From: Minisyncoccota bacterium
Lineage (GTDB): Bacteria > Patescibacteriota > Minisyncoccia > UBA6257 > 2-01-FULL-56-20
Length of the DNA: 49,761 bases
Direction of reading: 5' to 3'
NCBI GenBank assembly: GCA_031291905.1
Contig: JARLIC010000137.1
Span: 1 to 49,761, forward strand
Below are positions 48,378 to 49,761 of this stretch, in pieces (the first letter of the stretch is position 1; each line of letters opens with the position of its first letter). The position numbers and the translations under genes were made by a program. The notes beneath the pieces are model-generated. The model had not been told where the DNA came from and searched no databases. It was given only the letters and a program-made list of their open reading frames with translations.

Positions 48378-49277
48378 TTAGCTTCTCCTAGGGGTACGGA
48401 AAGAAAGGTTGATTCGCCTGTGCGCTTTTCTGACTGACACGCTTTCCGCAATGTCGCTGACGCTGCACTTGATGATCCGACCGTCGGGAAGCACGCCCGA
48501 CGACACGCCGCAGAGAGCGTCGATGATGCTGGCTTTGCGTTCGTCCTTCTGAGCTTCAAGGAAGCCGATCGACTCCTTGATCTCGTTGTACTGATCGACG
48601 ACGGCCTGGATGTCGTCGCCTAGTGCGATCTGACCTTCTTGGACGCCGAAGTGCTTCACGAGGGCTTCGGAGTCGCGAATCCCTAGTGAGAGCGGAGGAG
48701 TCTTGGATTCGACCGAATTCCAAAACTCAGCCTCAACGTCGTTGATCTGGTCGATCAATTCGTTATTGCGTTCGACTGGGTATACGCGAATGTCTTCCAT
48801 CATTCCGACAAACACAGCGAAGATTACGACCTTGCGTTTCGTCACGGCGAGTTGATGTTGTCCCTGGATTTGCCATTCGATCGGCAGGGAATCCACGTCG
48901 CCGTCTTCGCCGAGTTCTCTCGCCTTCTCGTAGCCAACCGACTTGAATTCGGCGATCCGCTCGCCATCGATCAGTCGGTCGAGCGTGGCGAGTTGCCAAG
49001 GCCGATCATCAGACTGGAAGCAAACCTGAGAGCCTATGTAATTGCACCCGATTCGCTCCTGAAGTGCTTCAGCAATGGCTCCTTCAAATCGATGCCCCCA
49101 TTTCATCGGCGGCGACACGAATTTAGGCGGAACGGGCTCGCCAAGTTTTTCCAGCCAGAGACCAATCCGGTTCTGATCCGGGTATGGACTAGCTCCAACG
49201 ACAACCGGCGCGTCTGAACCTCCGATCCCGCCACGTCGCCACGCGAGCCAATCGGTATTCGATAAACTGTCGCTCAT
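48378..49277 (-). CDS. YqaJ-like viral recombinase exonuclease
   Basis: WLAWRRGGIGGSD; WGHRFE; ATLDR; EFKS; QGQHQL. Confidence 0.92.
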   Translation of the reverse strand: MSDSLSNTDWLAWRRGGIGGSDAPVVVGASPYPDQNRIGLWLEKLGEPVPPKFVSPPMKWGHRFEGAIAEALQERIGCNYIGSQVCFQSDDRPWQLATLDRLIDGERIAEFKSVGYEKARELGEDGDVDSLPIEWQIQGQHQLAVTKRKVVIFAVFVGMMEDIRVYPVERNNELIDQINDVEAEFWNSVESKTPPLSLGIRDSEALVKHFGVQEGQIALGDDIQAVVDQYNEIKESIGFLEAQKDERKASIIDALCGVSSGVLPDGRIIKCSVSDIAESVSVRKAHRRINLSFRTPRRS

Positions 49278-49324
49278 TGCCCGCGCTTTCCTTCGGCCGC
49301 CCGGCCATTCGATTTGATGCCCAT

Positions 49325-49761
49325 TTACGCAATCCTCCGCTTAACAGGAATCGCATCAATCGCCTTGGCCAGCTTCCTGGCTCGACCGCTGAGGATCGCC
49401 ACGCCGTATCGAGCGATGAGGTATCCGTCGAACGTCCGATCGGAGATCGCCTTGGCCACAAGTTTCGAGCCGCGAGCGTCGATCCGATCGATCAACGCTT
49501 CGAGCCGGTGGATTCTGGTTTTCATCTCACAGTCCTTTCGATCTCGCGTACGCCGCCTCGAACGCATAAAGGCAGCCGCCATCCTCGCGTCGCCATTTCG
49601 ACCAAGCCTCTTCAAGCTCCTCGAACTCGGCGTCGAACCCGCTGGACACGCGAGAGCCGCACGAATCGATCTCGCCGAGCCGCTTGAAATCCCGGTCGCC
49701 GTCCGCGTCGGTAGTGACGAGGAAGACGTCGCCGTCGGAGTCGAGCATCAGGTTGGCGGTG
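49325..49761 (-). CDS. Two hypothetical proteins (49325..49525; 49527..window edge)
   Basis: ORFs co-oriented with the recombination operon. Confidence 0.55.

Overview
This window is about 50 kb of a temperate bacteriophage genome. The host is most likely a Planctomycete, inferred from the style of the RimI-like GNATs, CsrA and integrase. No capsid, terminase or portal genes are recognisable. Positions 1-38363 are on the + strand: the 3' part of a glycoside-hydrolase-like gene, roughly 100 small translationally coupled accessory genes in terminator-promoter cassettes, a probable attP and a tyrosine integrase. The accessory genes include a GNAT, Lar-like proteins, ASCH-like, DUF6527-like, HNH, HAD, ParB-like, a clamp-loader-like AAA+ and an HD (p)ppGpp-hydrolase-like protein. 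Positions 38280-49761 are a convergent - strand replication/recombination arm: YqaJ exonuclease, putative annealing protein, DnaB, HNHs, RuvC-like resolvase, GNAT, CsrA, SNF2-like helicase and a DNA methyltransferase. Four observations stand out. (1) A ~440-nt interval with no convincing ORF (25302-25744) has its own promoter and terminator and folds by eye into an ornate, pseudoknotted RNA that I cannot assign to a known class. (2) An array of small genes (2154-4049, with relatives at 30079 and 32960) is built from interchangeable N- and C-terminal modules joined at short conserved DNA joints. (3) A non-canonical tRNA-like element lies at 21121-21197. (4) Repeated terminator+promoter+leader modules and hairpin/RBS direct repeats delimit single-gene cassettes. 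All family assignments come from motif recognition by eye, not database searches.
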